Assembly: GCF_000143415.4 (NCBI RefSeq)
Contig: NW_003314368.1
Span: 268,792 to 332,791, forward strand
Length of the DNA: 64,000 nt
Origin: Selaginella moellendorffii
Lineage: Eukaryota > Plantae > Lycopodiophyta
Reading direction: 5' to 3'
Position numbers and translations under genes: made by a program. Shown piece after piece: positions 47,839-61,700 of this stretch. The notes beneath the pieces were generated by a model. That model did not search any database. It was not told where the DNA came from and saw only the letters and a list, made by a program, of their open reading frames with translations. The stretch's first letter is position 1. Every line of letters starts with the position of its first letter.

Positions 47839-49995
47839 TTAAGGTGCCATCTTGGCGACAATCTCTCTCATCACTGACTTTGGAGCTGCACAACATGATT
47901 CAGTGGATCAACTCAAGTACGAAACAAACTGGAAAGAAGAAAACTACCTGGCTGGCCGGTAAAAAGTTCAAACTGCCCAATTGCTTGTCGTATAAACATT
48001 TCCAAGCCGCTTACGACGACTGCACCGGATTCTTTAGCTTCTCGCAGCAGCCTGGTCTCAAGAGGCGTGTAAACCGCATCAAAAACCACACTATATCCTT
48101 TGAGAGCGGCCTGATCAGGAGAAGAGAGGTAAGCACGCGATGTAAGAATCTAGTCTGGCCATGCCTTTGGTATCGGAGTGTCTTGAACGTTTGGCTGCAT
48201 ACCAACCGAGGTCGAATTCGCTAGTATCATGCCATTTTCCGGCTGAAAACTGCTCAACGTTTCCAATGAAATGGCTTCTGCTCCAACTGATTCAGCAAGC
48301 ACCTTTGCCCTCTCTTATCACAGACCAAAACGAAGTCAGCAAGCAGGAGTTCCACGACGGAATCATTAAAGTACCAAAATTCCGATTCGCAATCACAACT
48401 CTGGCCCCTCTGTGCTTCGCTCCAAAAGCAAGAGCCTTCCCAGCACCCCCGGCTCCGATAACTACGCAAAGCTTGCCAGAAAGCGGCTGGCTACCGTGGT
48501 ATCCACTTTCTTCCCTTTCCAATCAACAAGGCAGGACAAGACAATCAGAACCGCGCCATCAAACTCAAAATTCAACAATACCTCGAACACCGTCTTCTAT
48601 AGCAGAAATGGCAGCTTCACAGTCTGTGTTGTAGCCAACAAATTTGCCATCTGCCCTTCTAATGATTGTGTTGACTGCTCCAATGGCCTGCATGCTTTCA
48701 AATCAATATAAAAAAACACGAAGACTGAGTTTCAAAACCTTTGCGGAAGATTCAACCTCATCACAGCATTTCAAAGCATCTTCCTTGAATGGGATCGTAA
48801 CACTAGAAACAAAAAGATGAGAAGAAAAAAAGATGGTCCGGGAATGTCAAGTACCTGAAGCCACCGAAATCTGGCGCGGAGTACACCGACAGAAATTCAG
48901 CAAGGTTGTCCACCAAAAATGGAAGATAAACAGCATTGTATCCGATCGCTTCAAAAGCTGGATTGTGAAGATATGGACCTTTGCTGTGACCAACGGGGTT
49001 GCCTATGATTCCATAGACACGAGTATCACAGTCCATCTCACGCAGCCGATAGGTTCGAACGAGATCAGTCAGCGTTGGCTGGCCAGGAGCCGATTCTTTG
49101 CCAGAAGAAAGCGTACCGAATGTCAAAAAGCCTCCAAACTTTGGTGACAGCAACCTGCTTATGAGACCCTTCTGTCCCATAACGAGCGCAATCGTTGGGA
49201 CCTTCAAAGAAAGCTAGCTTAACAAGCAGGATTTCTTTCGCTGGAACTTTGAAGACTTACCTGCGTATGAGCCAGCACCCGAAACACATTCGCGGAATCC
49301 ACCACGTTGTTTGCAGTAGTGACAAACTTGATTATATCGGCACCAGTGGCTTGCATCCTTGCGACAAGACGTCCAATCTCCTCGGAGGAAGGAGTGGTGT
49401 GATAGTTGTGGTTGGAGACTATAATTCTGGTGCTGGACGAGCTCCGCTTGGAACTTTGGCTGGCTATGAAATCCTCGGCCACCTGGAAGAACAAAAAACT
49501 ATCTTAGAAACATTCTACGTTGTTACAAAAGAGAAGGACAAAACAACTATCTTCTACGTTAGAAGCTTAAAATCACCTGGAGCTCGACGTCGATGAAATC
49601 GGCTTGTAGCTCGATTGCCAGGCTCAATGCAGCCACTCGCGCAGCCTCATCGCCTTCGTACAAACCTCCTTCCCAATTCGGCCTGTAGATCTGAGAGCAT
49701 TCGTGATTTCCACAGGAAAATATAAATTCTCTCACCTATAGGTGATAATCACCGGCAAGACCCTGCCCTCGATCAATCGCGGCAAATCCACCCTCGGCTG
49801 GAAGCTGTTGATGTAATCCACTCGCAATTCCACCACATCGGCCCCGGATGCCTTCGCAGCCTTGATCTGATGCAGCATTTCTTCCACGGACTCGGCGACG
49901 AGCGGCGCGCAGAGCATCGTCCCATTTTGTGGAGGCGACATCGCTAGATCAGAGATCCTCGTCGTCGCCAATCCTCCTCCAGACAGATAATCCAT
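47839..49995 (-). CDS. Bifunctional 3-dehydroquinate dehydratase / shikimate dehydrogenase (multi-exon)
   Basis: ADVVELRVD, IIVSNHNY, SAPGQP, GIIGNPVGHSKGPYLHN, VIGAGGAGKALAFGA; last exon APKSVMREIVAKMAP* ends at 47839. Confidence 0.92.
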
Positions 49996-50205
49996 AAACC
50001 CTAAGAGGACGGACTTTGAGCCGCCATTTCGCTACTCTGGTCAAGAACAAAGAATATGTTTGTTAGCTCTTTCGATTGGAATTCTTTACTACAAAGCAAA
50101 CATACCTCTTTCTCCTTCCTAGAAAGGATTGTTTCCAAAACTTACAAAGAAGATGAGAGCTTCCAACTTACAGAATGGACACCAAAGTCGAAGATAGCGT
50201 TCTCT

Positions 50206-53200
50206 CTAAACACAGATCTTCAAGTGACCGTCCTCGGTGCCGATGACAAATTGGCGTGAAAATGGCAGCACGCTGATGGTGTGAATCGTTGACAGATTTC
50301 TGCCACTGCGATCCGGAAGATAGACTTTTCTAGGCGTTATTTTTTGACTGGAATGACCCTGAAAGAGAACATAGCTTAAAAAAAAAACCATTCGAATACA
50401 AAAACCTTTACCAGTTTCGAGAACGAGGAAACTCCAATCTTGTTTCCAGCAGCTGAGAGTATGTTGCCTCCCCACAAAGCGAAGCTCGCCACTGCGTCTC
50501 TGTGGCCTTGAAACGTCTGTAGCTGAAGGGGCCAGCTTCTGGAAACACGAAGCACGGAAACTCGAGTAACTCACAGCAATAAAAGAAAGCACAAAGAACT
50601 CACTTCCGGAGATCCCATACTGATAGTGTTTTATCCAAGGAGCTAGAAACGAGATAATACTCCTCCAGGGGCGCAAGCTAGAATGAAACTCCATGAGAAA
50701 GATACGAAAGAAGAAAGTACGTTACTTACGTTTGTGATTTCAGCTCCATGAGCTCGCCAGCTTCCAATCACACTTCCACTTCTGGCATCAAGAATACTGC
50801 AATGTCCAGAATTGAAACCGACGCCTATCCAAGAAGAGAAACACTTCGATTTCTCTTCAGGGGCTTCTCGAGACGAAGATGTCACCGACGAGACGAACGA
50901 AGAAACTGAGGTTTCTGATGAAGTTTCACAGCGCCAGGAAAACAGCTGGCGACTTGTAACAGGATCTACAAACCTGCAAATCGGGAAAACAAGAAACGAT
51001 GTCCGAAGCTCGTCAAAATTTTCAAGCTCACCTGAGATGGCCATTAGTCGTTCCAATCGCAAGCTTCGTCTCTGCCTCCATGAAATGCATGAAGGTGTAA
51101 GCATTTCCAGCCGATAGTGTCCCATTCGTCAAGCTCATATCAGCAACTTCACTCTGTCTCAAAGAACCGGAGATTGAAGTTTCATCCAGCAGGGCCAAAC
51201 GTTTTCCTGTTTCGGAATTCCAGATGTGAAGCATACCATCACACGAGCCAACTCTTTCGAATCCTTGAAAGACACATATATCGTTCACGGCCTGGAAACA
51301 AAGAAGTCAGCATCGCTAAGTTTTCAGCTGCTATTTACCTCTTCGTGACCAGAATACTCCGTGATACATTCTACAGATGAGAGGTCCCACTTTCGAGCGA
51401 CAGATCTTCCACGTAAACCACCAGCCGAAAAAATCACAGTCTCGTCGCCTCCAAGTCGTGAGACTTTTACAGTGCCACTATGAGCACGCCAGGAATGTGC
51501 GACGATCCCATTTAGCTTCCATGACTGCTCGTCTTTCGTACCGGCGTGCGCCACTCCAATTCTACTCTTGTTGTTTGACTCGGCACCACCACGAGTTTCG
51601 TCATGAGTCGGCACCCAGAACCATGGCTCCTCGTTTGGTTTCACGACTAATTCTTGATCGTGGTTGCGAGAAGTAAAAGAGCCCGTCCACTTTGCAGCCT
51701 GGGATTGCGGAATAGACCATCCTACACCATTGAGTAGGAGGTTGGCAGGACTAAAGCTTCCAGTGTTTGAAGACTCTTCTACGGGCAAAGCTTCTGTAGA
51801 ATGAGTGAACTGTCTGCTAGTGTCTGTCCACTGCAACAAAACTCCCACAATAAACTTACGACGGAGCCAACTCAAACTGCATACCTTCCAATCATATTTC
51901 TTTGCAAGGCTTTGTTCCAGAACAAGCCATGTCGGGAAAGACTGACGAACTCTCTCAATTCCCAAGAGTGATGCCAATTCAGAATACAACAAATATCTGA
52001 ACGACATCAGTTATGTCAGTAAGGAAGAACCAAAAGAGAAAAAAACATACGCAAGGTCCAGTTCCTCGGAAATGTTGCTGTACGCAAGGGCATGAAAGAA
52101 CTCTTTGAATTGCGGCATGACGTGTAGAAAAGTAAGCTCTGGTCCACTTCGTCTACAAGCGGCTAAAATACTTTTTGCTGCGGACTGCAAAAAGGAAAAA
52201 AAAAAAAAAAGTGACACCAACAAAACAAAAGGTTTGAACAACCTGACGAAAGCGATGTGGCAAATTCTTTTGCTGGAAAATTTTGTAGAGGAAATTGTTA
52301 GGTTCCTGCACAAGAAATCGATAAACGCAAGCTTGGAGTAAATCTTAGGTACCTGCAATAACTCTCTCGATACGGAAACTGGATTCAATAGCAATACGAG
52401 ACGACTTAACACGGTCAAGGCATCAGCCGCTGCCAATAAACGCCAGCTTTGTGTTGGTGCAGTCTTATGTGTTAATGGCTCAATACTGAGCATGAGAACG
52501 TACTTCAAAGGTGGAAGCCAATGCTTGATAATTGCCTCTGGTCCAAATTTCTCGCCTGAAACAGCATAATTCAAAACGAAGAAGAATGTAAAACAAAAGA
52601 AAGTGCCTGACTGACCGATTTCTACAAGAGAATCAACTCCATGCACAGTGATGTCACGTCCCAATGACTGCAAGAGTGGCCGAATTGTCTAGGAAACAAA
52701 AGAACTACGTTAATGAGTTTCTGACCAATTCAACAGTTAATCCTTTTACCTGGTTCAGTGTGACTGGCAATCCCAACTCTTGGCAAGTTTCCACCAAAAC
52801 AAGTGATGCTGCACTCGCTTGCTGGCTTTCGGGCGAACGTAGAACACTGAGCACTATAAGCGAGTGGAAGTGCTGCAAATACACGTGTGTACCAAGGAGT
52901 CGTCTCAAGTTTCTGATGAATGAAGATCCAAGTAATCCAGCTTTCAACTGAGCATCAGCATCGTTTTCCTGCAAAAAACAATACAAGAAATAAATAATCT
53001 GATGCCATAGATTTATGCCATCAGTTCAGACTTACTTGCAAAATGCTTTGCACGACTGGCAAAAGTAGACGCCTTGAAGCCTGTTGCTTGAGAACTTGAA
53101 GCAAAGATTTCAGCAGGATAATTACTGCCATAGGATCGAGATCATTGTAAGGATGGGCGATGACAGACAAACAAGCCGGTGCACAAAGCTCGGAAGCAAC

Positions 53201-55603
53201 TGGTCCCATGAGAGCAAACGCAGACTGTTGAGCCATTTTCGCTGCATAGAACAGGCGGTCGTGGTTGCTGGCTAGAAAATGAAACGAAGAAAGGAATGTG
53301 TAAGCTGACCGAACTACCGGAGGGAAAAACGGTGACTCTAGCAACTTCTCAGCGCTTGGCCGTCTAGAAAAGAAACAAATGCCCGTTAGATGAGCTGACA
53401 AAAAAATCAAAAAGGAAATCTACCTCTTGATGTCCGCGGCGAGAGTTGTTTCCACGACAATACGAACGTGAGGTGGAAGCTGATTTAGAGTTCCTGGAAG
53501 TGATTTCCTTTCCAGCCAAACTGCAGCACTGGTTGAATCAAAGAGCGGCTTTTGAAGAAAAATCTCTGCAACCAAGCATCCGATGCCGAATATGTCAGCA
53601 GCCTCGCTCTCCCGGATCGGCCTTAACACCGAAACTTCACGTTGCCATGCAACTAGTCTCTGATAAGATACGTTCTCGTCGTCGACGTCATCGTCCTGCT
53701 CGAAATGGAGCTTCTGGAAAAGCTCACCCCAGAGTTTCTCGTCGGACTCTGCGACGTTTCGCAATATCGCCTCGCAGGCGTTTGATGCAACTGGAGGATG
53801 ATCCGAGTTTGTAGAATTGTGTCCATCCGGATCGGGCACTGGTACACCATACCATGGAGACAAACTCCTTCCAGAACTGCAAAAGGACGCTGACTCCTCG
53901 AGCTGTTCCAAGAGGTTTTTCTTGGAGCTGGAAGTCATTCGCATAGGATGCGGCTTCGAAAACAGCTGCCGTCGTCCTGATGATCTCGGCATGCTCGGTG
54001 CTGTAGTTGAAAGCGTAACATTCTTCGCCAGAACAGCAGCTTCACCCGACAACTTATAACCAAAAGTGAGATCAATCCACTCGTGGAGCTGCCTCGAAAC
54101 ACGGTCACTCTCTAAAGCAGAACGGTGTAAACGGATAAAGTCCTCGGGATCTTCAGCCCAGCTTGGAACAGCAAGATCACCCATACCATGGTGTATCGAC
54201 CGGAAAACTTCTGGATCACTGTAAAATTCTGGAATGCACTCGTCCGGCGTCCAGTGGTACAGCCTTTGCATGTTCACTGGGTACTCGTTCGGCTCGTACA
54301 CTGAGCGCACAACTCGACGAAGTACCAGCAGCGGAAGCCTTCTAGCTTTGTAGATGCAGACCGCGAGCTCCGAAAGGCACTCGTCCGAGACGTGGTGTGG
54401 AATCTCGGCGGTGGCGTACGTAAAGTCGAGCTGCTCGTCCCCTTTGGCTAAGCGCCATTTGCTCTTCGTCAAGTCACGCCAGCCAGTGTCATTCTCTTGG
54501 TCGGGTTTTGCTGTGAAGTCTATCACCCACGGCATGACCGTATGAAAGCACCTGTCCCCCCATCTTCTTCCGGCCAGCCTGTTGAGAAGTAGAAGATAGT
54601 CGAAGTTGCTAAGCTCTCCCCGGAACCACTTCTTAAACTGGCTTCTCCACTCGAGCTCGTCTTCAACTAGAGAAGTCTCCGTTGTTGGATTAAATACTTC
54701 ACGACGTATAGAGGTCGTAGCGAATCCTGTAAGCCAACACCACATACTGCTCGTGATGAGCACGCTGGATGGAGTTATGTTTCCGTGAAAAACTTCCAGC
54801 TTGTGGCAATGAGCCAAACCGGCGATGATCTGATATAGAAAGAACCGCAGCTGCCAGTCATCTCCCAAGGCACCCGGGCTAAAATGTAAGAGCGAACGCA
54901 GCGTATATGGGGCTGGCGGAAAAACTAGATATAATGTCTCGTTCCCCAGGAACGCACCTGTGAGCGGCGCTATGCACGGATGACTACTGCCAAGACAAAG
55001 CTGGAGTAATCGCTGTTGATAATCTCCATCCCCTTCCCTTTCCTCTACAGCACTATTGCTCCTACTAAGATCCTTCAAACCACTTGAGAAAAACCTGGTT
55101 TTTTCGAGTGCCAATACGAGAGCTTCGAAGGACGCGTCTTCCAGAGTTGCATCTCTGTGTAGAACTTTCAGGAATTTGGAGAATGCTGCTAGAGGAGCTG
55201 AATCCCTGAGAGCGAAAAAGAGAAAAAAAATTAGTCATGGCTTATAAAGTATAGCTTCTGTTACCCGGGAGGAAGAGCAATAACACGCAAAACAAGTTCC
55301 ATTTTTGAATCTCCCCTGGCAGAAATCGAAGAGGTTTCAGCAACAAAAGTCACGAAATCTCTACAGCATACCATTTTTTCCGATCCAAAGTCGCTGTATC
55401 CACCTGAGATTTCCACCACCAAACGAGCTCTATCAATCGATCGATCAATCAAAGCTCTAGTTAATTACCTCGCAGAACAAATGCGCCCCAAACGGATACG
55501 GCGATCGAAAGAGGCCATGAGAAACGACCACATTCTTCGAGAAATCACGCTCCACGGCAGCGCGCAGCTCATCCAAGGACGCCGCGGCTCTCTTCTCCGC
55601 CAT
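50206..55603 (-). CDS. GFS12: GFS12/BCHD-like BEACH-domain, pseudokinase and WD40 protein (WDR81 family), multi-exon
   Basis: BEACH motifs LSNFDYLLLLNRLAGRRWGD..HTVMPWVIDF, WRDLTKSKWRLAKGDEQLD, WTPDECIPEFY and WIDLTFGYKLSG; WD40 exons ending GTEDGHLKICV*. Inferred ATG at 55603. Confidence 0.88.
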
Positions 55604-56457
55604 GATAAACCCTAGAACAGCCAAGGAGCCCTAAAAACAGAGTGACGTTTTATCAAAATTTAAGCGGCATATTTAAAACTGGAGAATATTCTCTTTTAAA
55701 TCTGTTTTATGTCAGCCATTTTTAAATCTTTCCTAGGGCCATGGAATGGAGCTACGCTTTATTGGAGGAAAAGAGGTGGAAGAAAGGATGTGGATTGGTC
55801 AGATCGCTCAAGAAGCTACTTGGCGGGCTGCTGAGCTGCGTGATTGGCTGCGCCTCCCAGCTCATAACAGAGATCCTAGAAGATTCGTGCGGCAGTGCTT
55901 GTGTCTTGTGCGCTGACCTCCGTTGACCAATCGCCCCATGGCAGTCATCGGCGGTCAAAAGTAATGGTTGTGGTTGAATTTATAATACAAAGTGATGTGT
56001 GCTTGAGCAGGGCACTATTTTACCTCACACTCCTATATGGTCCCTTTCATTGATCTTGTTATTGTTTGCACGGGCTCTCATATAATAGGTTATCATGCTC
56101 AGCTAATGTGCATATAATTTTAGTTTAGCAACTTTGGAATTTTATATGGCTGTGTATCTTTATTTCTATTACCCATTAATGTTGGTGACATCTGCTGGAA
56201 TGTCCACTACATCAGTATGTTGTTAGTGTTGTTCGCACCCACAACACATAGTGATGAAGCATGAAACTCGTGGTTACACTATCGTATGTTGGATTGCCCT
56301 CTCAAAAATTCCAATTCTCACTTTGAAAGGTCATCCAGGGGAAAATCCACCCGACAATTATTGACTCCAGCTCCTTCTATACTATAGTAGCAAGGATATC
56401 GATCGATCAATATCCAGCATGATATTATCTTTGTAACATTTTGGGAGCTCACGTTGA

Positions 56458-56937
56458 TTAGTAAGATCGCGCGGCAGCCTCGAGATAGCCAATGTAGGTG
56501 AATAGAACACTCGTGAGGCGGCCGATAACCTTTTCCTGGGACGCTCCCTCCATGGGGCTCAGCTCAAACGACCACTCCACGGTGTTATGCCCGTCCGGCC
56601 CTCCCAAAACTCTCATGGTGGCGACGTAGTCCTCCATTCCCAAGTTGGACTCTATCAGCGCATAGGAGATGGTGTGGCTGGATTCGTCCATGGTCAGGAG
56701 CTTCTCCTTGGCCCACGATTTGCGACCGTCGCATCCGGTGGACGAGCCCTCGACGTAGCGGACGCTGCCGGGCGCGCGGGGGTGATCGCCCGCGATCCAG
56801 CGGCAGACATGGAGGGCTGGGATCCACTGGTGGAGATTGCAGTAGTCGGAAGCGACGGCCCACAGGCGCTCGATTGGAGCGGAGACGACCTTGCGAGTGC
56901 TGCCGCGCCACTTGTAACGAGAGCTTGAAGAAGACAT
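56458..56937 (-). CDS. SRPBCC / polyketide cyclase-like (lachrymatory-factor-synthase-like) protein, 159 aa
   Basis: KWRGS...APIERLW...DYCNLHQWIP...PGSVRYV...WAKEKLL...YVATM...VEWSF. Confidence 0.85.
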   Translation of the reverse strand: MSSSSSRYKWRGSTRKVVSAPIERLWAVASDYCNLHQWIPALHVCRWIAGDHPRAPGSVRYVEGSSTGCDGRKSWAKEKLLTMDESSHTISYALIESNLGMEDYVATMRVLGGPDGHNTVEWSFELSPMEGASQEKVIGRLTSVLFTYIGYLEAAARSY

Positions 56938-56957
56938 GATTCTTACAAGAACTCCAC

Positions 56958-56992
<35 letters not shown>

Positions 56993-57010
56993 GAGCGAGA
57001 GAGCGAGCGA
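56958..57010. repeat. (GA)n microsatellite in the 5' UTR of the SRPBCC gene
   Basis: Read directly from the sequence. Confidence 0.85.
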
Positions 57011-57580
57011 GCGCTTGAGAGAAGGAAAACGCAGAGCTCTAATGCTATGGAGGAGCTTGGGAGGAGCTTTGCGGGAGTGAAAAGAATTAAATAGTCGATG
57101 GATGATCGATTCATCGACCCCTCCCCTCTGAGATCTAGCGAAGCCCAAGTTTAGGGAGTTTCAGAACTCATACACGTGGACGGCCGCGATGTGGCCAGGG
57201 GAAATTTGTTTTTAAACCGGGTGTGGCGCGATTCACGGCGCGCGAATCTTTGGAGGGGCATTTTCTCAGTCCCGTGTTTGTGACAACTACTCAAGCAACT
57301 TTGAAGCACTATGGAGAAGTCGGACTCCTTTGGATTCCATTCCAGTAAGGCCAAAGGGCTTTTTGTCAAGAGCCATATACGATCGAGTTTTTTACTCGCA
57401 CGGTAAATCATGGCACATGAGCCAACCAGTTCTTTAGCTTTAGGTTTACAGGGCTAAATTAGGTCAAAAAACATCCAGCCACACCTTTTCTTGCCGCATA
57501 TTTTATAATGGCATATTCGGCGAAAGGATATTCTATGAGAATTCCAGGATTTTAGGGTTCGTCCATTTTTGCGGGATCCA

Positions 57581-58895
57581 ATGCAGGGATTCCTCGACCA
57601 GGCAGACGACGGTGTCCTGTGCGCGATCTTCTCCTTCCTCTCTCCGCGCGACATTGCGAGCTGTGCCGCCGTGTGCCGGCGATTGCAGCGCCTCTGCCGC
57701 GACGATACGGATCTCTGGCTCGCGCTCTGCCACCGGCGCTGGGCCGGATTCACGAGCTTGAGGGATTGGAGCAGGAGCGTGCTGGGCGACGATGGCGAGC
57801 TAGGGTTTATGCGCTACAGAGGTTTGTACAAGCTCCTGGCGAAATGGGGGAGCTTGATTGGCTTCTGGCGGGGTGTCAATGGGAATAGGTCGCAGATTCT
57901 GGGATTTGAGTGGCGCAGGAACTCGATTCATGGGTTTCGGATCGTTCCGGCGAGCAGGGGAAGCTATCAAGTGCGAAGAATTCCATTTCTGTGGCTGGGA
58001 GCTGCCGCGAATGGGAAGGAGATTTGCGTCATGAATCCAGCGCTGGATCGGGATTACGGCTGCTGCAGGTGTCACGCATCGAAGGATTATCCAGGTAGCT
58101 CCAGGGATGATCATGGCTCTTCCAGCAGCGAAAGGATTGGCGATCTCTTCGCGGGGATGGACTCCGAGTGGGATGTGGAGGATTTATCTCGACTCGGGCT
58201 GGTTCTCGTCGACGTCCACTTTGCCGGGAAGAATCACATCGTCTTGGAGGAGCTGAATTGCCAGAGGCAAGTAACGAGGATGAAGATCTCCCTGGCCGAG
58301 GCGGTGGCGAGTGCCTCGTTTGGATTCAGCGAGAACTTGGAGATCACGACGAGGAGCTATGGCAAGAGTCCTCCCGGGAGCTTTCCTTTCGAGATGTATC
58401 GCTTCCTCACGAGCAAAGTGACGAGCCCCGGAAGCGATAGAGCGGCCAGGAAGCAGTGGAAGAGAGACAAGGAGCGAGCCGAGAGCCGAGGAAGGCTATG
58501 GTGGCTGGAGCAATTGCATTTTGTCAAGGTGGTGGAATCCTCTCCAACGAAATCGAGGCCATTCCAAGGATTGTGGAAGGTAATCAAGATCTCTCTTTCT
58601 TTCTCTAGATCGCTCAAGGTTTTTTGTTTTCTCGATCCTCTTCCAGGGGTTGTGTCGATGCGAAGCTTTGGATTTCTTGCTCGTCGCCTACGACGACGAT
58701 CGAGGCGCGATCACCTCCAGGCAAGTTGGCGAGTCCTCGTCAATTCGATCTTCGTGGATGAATCTCTCGGCCAGAAATTTCCAGCAGATTGATCTCGAGA
58801 CAATGGCATTTCGATTGCGTTTGCCGGACACGAATCTCTCCACCGATTTTAGACCGCTCGCCTCGTCCGGGAACTTACTGGACGTTGTCAGCTGA
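57581..58895 (+). CDS. F-box protein, At3g12350-like (exons 57581-58579 and 58647-58895)
   Basis: F-box LCAIFSFLSPRDIASCAAVCRRL, then LIGFWR, SPPGSFPFEMYRFL and HFVKV..PTKSRPFQGLWK|GLC across a GT-AG intron. Confidence 0.8.
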
Positions 58896-59160
58896 GAGTC
58901 CCGGGGAGAGATCTCGAACCCGCGATCTCTCTAGTTTTGTACACTCGATTTATCGCGCTTAGGCGGACTTACAAACCCTAGGCCTAGGTAGCTATGGCGG
59001 CCTCTTAGGGTTTTTCTCCGCGGCGTGGGGTTTTGTGATCTATCCGAGGCGGTGGCGATGCATGCGTAGATCGATCCGGCAGGTAGAATTTGAGATCCCC
59101 GACTAGATGTGTATCGGATTCTAGAGTCTCGCCAGAAAATCCACAGCATTGTCTCTGGAG

Positions 59161-61700
59161 ATGGAGCGCAGCAGCAGCAAGGTTGGCAATGGCCAGGCAT
59201 CCAAGATTTCGGCATCGCCGAACGATGATCAGGGGATATTTCGCCGCGCCAAGCGCTCAATCGATGATCTCATCACGCAGGCTCGTCGATTCCGGCTCAA
59301 GACGAAGCAGCAGGAGCTCCTGATCCGGGTCAGCGCGTTGCTACTCATCTACGTCCTGGCATTCGCGACGCGGCTCTTCAGCGTTCTTCGCTACGAGAGC
59401 GTGATCCACGAATTCGATCCATACTTCAACTACAGGACCACACTCTATCTCACGCAGAAAGGATTCTACGAGTTTTGGAACTGGTTCGACTATGAGAGCT
59501 GGTATCCTCTGGGCAGGATCATCGGTGGGACTTTGTATCCGGGGCTCATGGTCACTGCCGCGCTACTCTACTGGACGCTGAGGCTTCTAAGTTTCGCCGT
59601 TCATATCCGGGACGTTTGCGTGCTCACCGCGCCTTTCTTCGCCTCAAACACAGCCATGGTCGGGTACTTCTTTGGGAAAGAGCTCAAGGATCCAGGGACT
59701 GGATTGGTGGCGGCAGCGTTTCTAGCAATCTGTCCGGGATATATCTCGAGATCGGTGGCCGGGTCTTACGACAACGAGGGGGTGGCCATCTTTGCGTTGC
59801 TGCTTACGTTCTATCTGTTCGTCAAGGCTGTGAACACGGGATCGCTGGCTTGGGCCGTGGCCTCGGCGTTTGCGTACTTCTACATGGTGTCGGCCTGGGG
59901 AGGATATATCTTTATCATCAACTTGCTGCCGATCTACGTGCTGGTTTTGCTCGTCACTGGGAGGTACTCGCTGCGGCTCTATGTCGCTTACAACACGCTC
60001 TACGTCCTGGGCATGCTCTTGGCGATGCAAATTCGCTTCGTCGGCTTTCAGCATGTCCAGTCCGGGGAACACATGGCCGCAATGGGAGTTTTTTTCCTCA
60101 TGCAGGTACTACAAATCGTTCTTTGCTGTGGAAAACGAGCTAAGACCTTTGCTTTCCTTGCTTGCAGGTGTTTTATCTAGTGAACTGGGTGAAGAGCATG
60201 GTCGAGCCCAAGCTCTTCCAAGCGTTCCTCAAGATCGCTGTGATTGTCACCGGAGGTGCCGGCGCACTGGCACTGGGTGTGGGAATGGCAACGGGTTATA
60301 TTTCTCCGTGGACAGGCAGGTTTTACTCGTTGCTGGATCCAACTTATGCCAAGGATCACATACCGATTATCGCCTCGGTCTCTGAGCACCAGCCGACAGC
60401 GTGGTCATCGTTTATGTTCGACTACCACCTCCTCCTCTTTTTGTTCCCGGCGGGGCTTTTCTTCTGCTTCCGACGACCGACGGATGCCACCATATTTATC
60501 ATGATCTATGGTCTGACAAGCTTATACTTTGCCGGGGTTATGGTTCGGCTGATCCTCGTCGCAACGCCGGCGGTATGCCTCATCGGAGCTATCGCGGTGT
60601 CCTCGACTTTGAAGAACGTATGTGGTCTTCTACGTGAGAAACCTGTGGGTAAAGTTCTTGAAAGACAAGGCAAAGACAAATCAAAGGTAAGTAGCTTTTG
60701 TACTTGTTCTCGCCTTTGTTTAATGTCTTGTATGGTTTCTACAGGGTGGATCGGACCAGTCGATTCCGTTCCAAAGGGAAGCCTGCATTGTCGTCCTCGC
60801 CGGAGCTCTTTATCTCCTGACGAGCTATGCTTTGCACTGTACTTGGGTGACATCCGAGGCTTATTCTTCACCCTCCATAGTTCTTGCTGCACGGCAAAGC
60901 AACGGAGACCGAGTTATCTTCGATGACTTCCGTGAGGCTTACTTCTGGCTTCAGCACAACACTCCTCCAGACGCGAAGGTCATGTCTTGGTGGGATTATG
61001 GGTATCAGATCACCGCGATGGGAAACAGGACGGTTATAGTGGACAACAATACGTGGAACAACACACACATTGCTACTGTAGGACGAGCAATGTCGTCCTA
61101 CGAGGATGAAGCTTACGAGATCATGCGGTCCTTGGATGTGGATTACGTTCTGGTAGTATTCGGTGGTGTCACTGGCTATTCCTCGGACGACATAAACAAG
61201 TAAGCAGTTGATCTTCTCGGTTTGTTTCTTCTTTTCCTGCTGACGAGAGCTCAAACTGGGACAGATTCTTGTGGATGGTTCGGATTGGAGGTGGCGTATT
61301 TCCCGTCATCAAGGAGTCCGACTATCTCAACAATGGAGAATACCGGATCGATGCAGCCGCGGCTCCAAAGATGCTAGAGTGTTTGATGTAAGCAATTTCT
61401 AAGATTGTTTTCCAATCTCTATCGTGTTTCTGTGTTTCCCCAGGTACAAGTTATGCTACTATAGATTTGGGGAAGTATCTACAGAGTATGGCAAGCCTCC
61501 GGGGTACGATATCATCGCTGCCTCTCGGTTTCCAGTTTTTGATGCATCGTTGTTTTTTTTTAATTTATAGGTGGGATCGTGCTCGGGGAACTGTAATTGG
61601 CAAAAAGGATTTCGAGCTGGAGTACCTGGATGAAGCATTTACAACGTCAAATTGGATTGTTCGCATTTACAAGCTCAAGCCCCCTGCAAACAGGAAATAA
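59161..61700 (+). CDS. STT3B: Oligosaccharyltransferase catalytic subunit STT3B (multi-exon)
   Basis: [48 protein letters not shown] and SSDDINK; N-terminal LKTKQQELL typical of plant STT3B. Confidence 0.95.
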
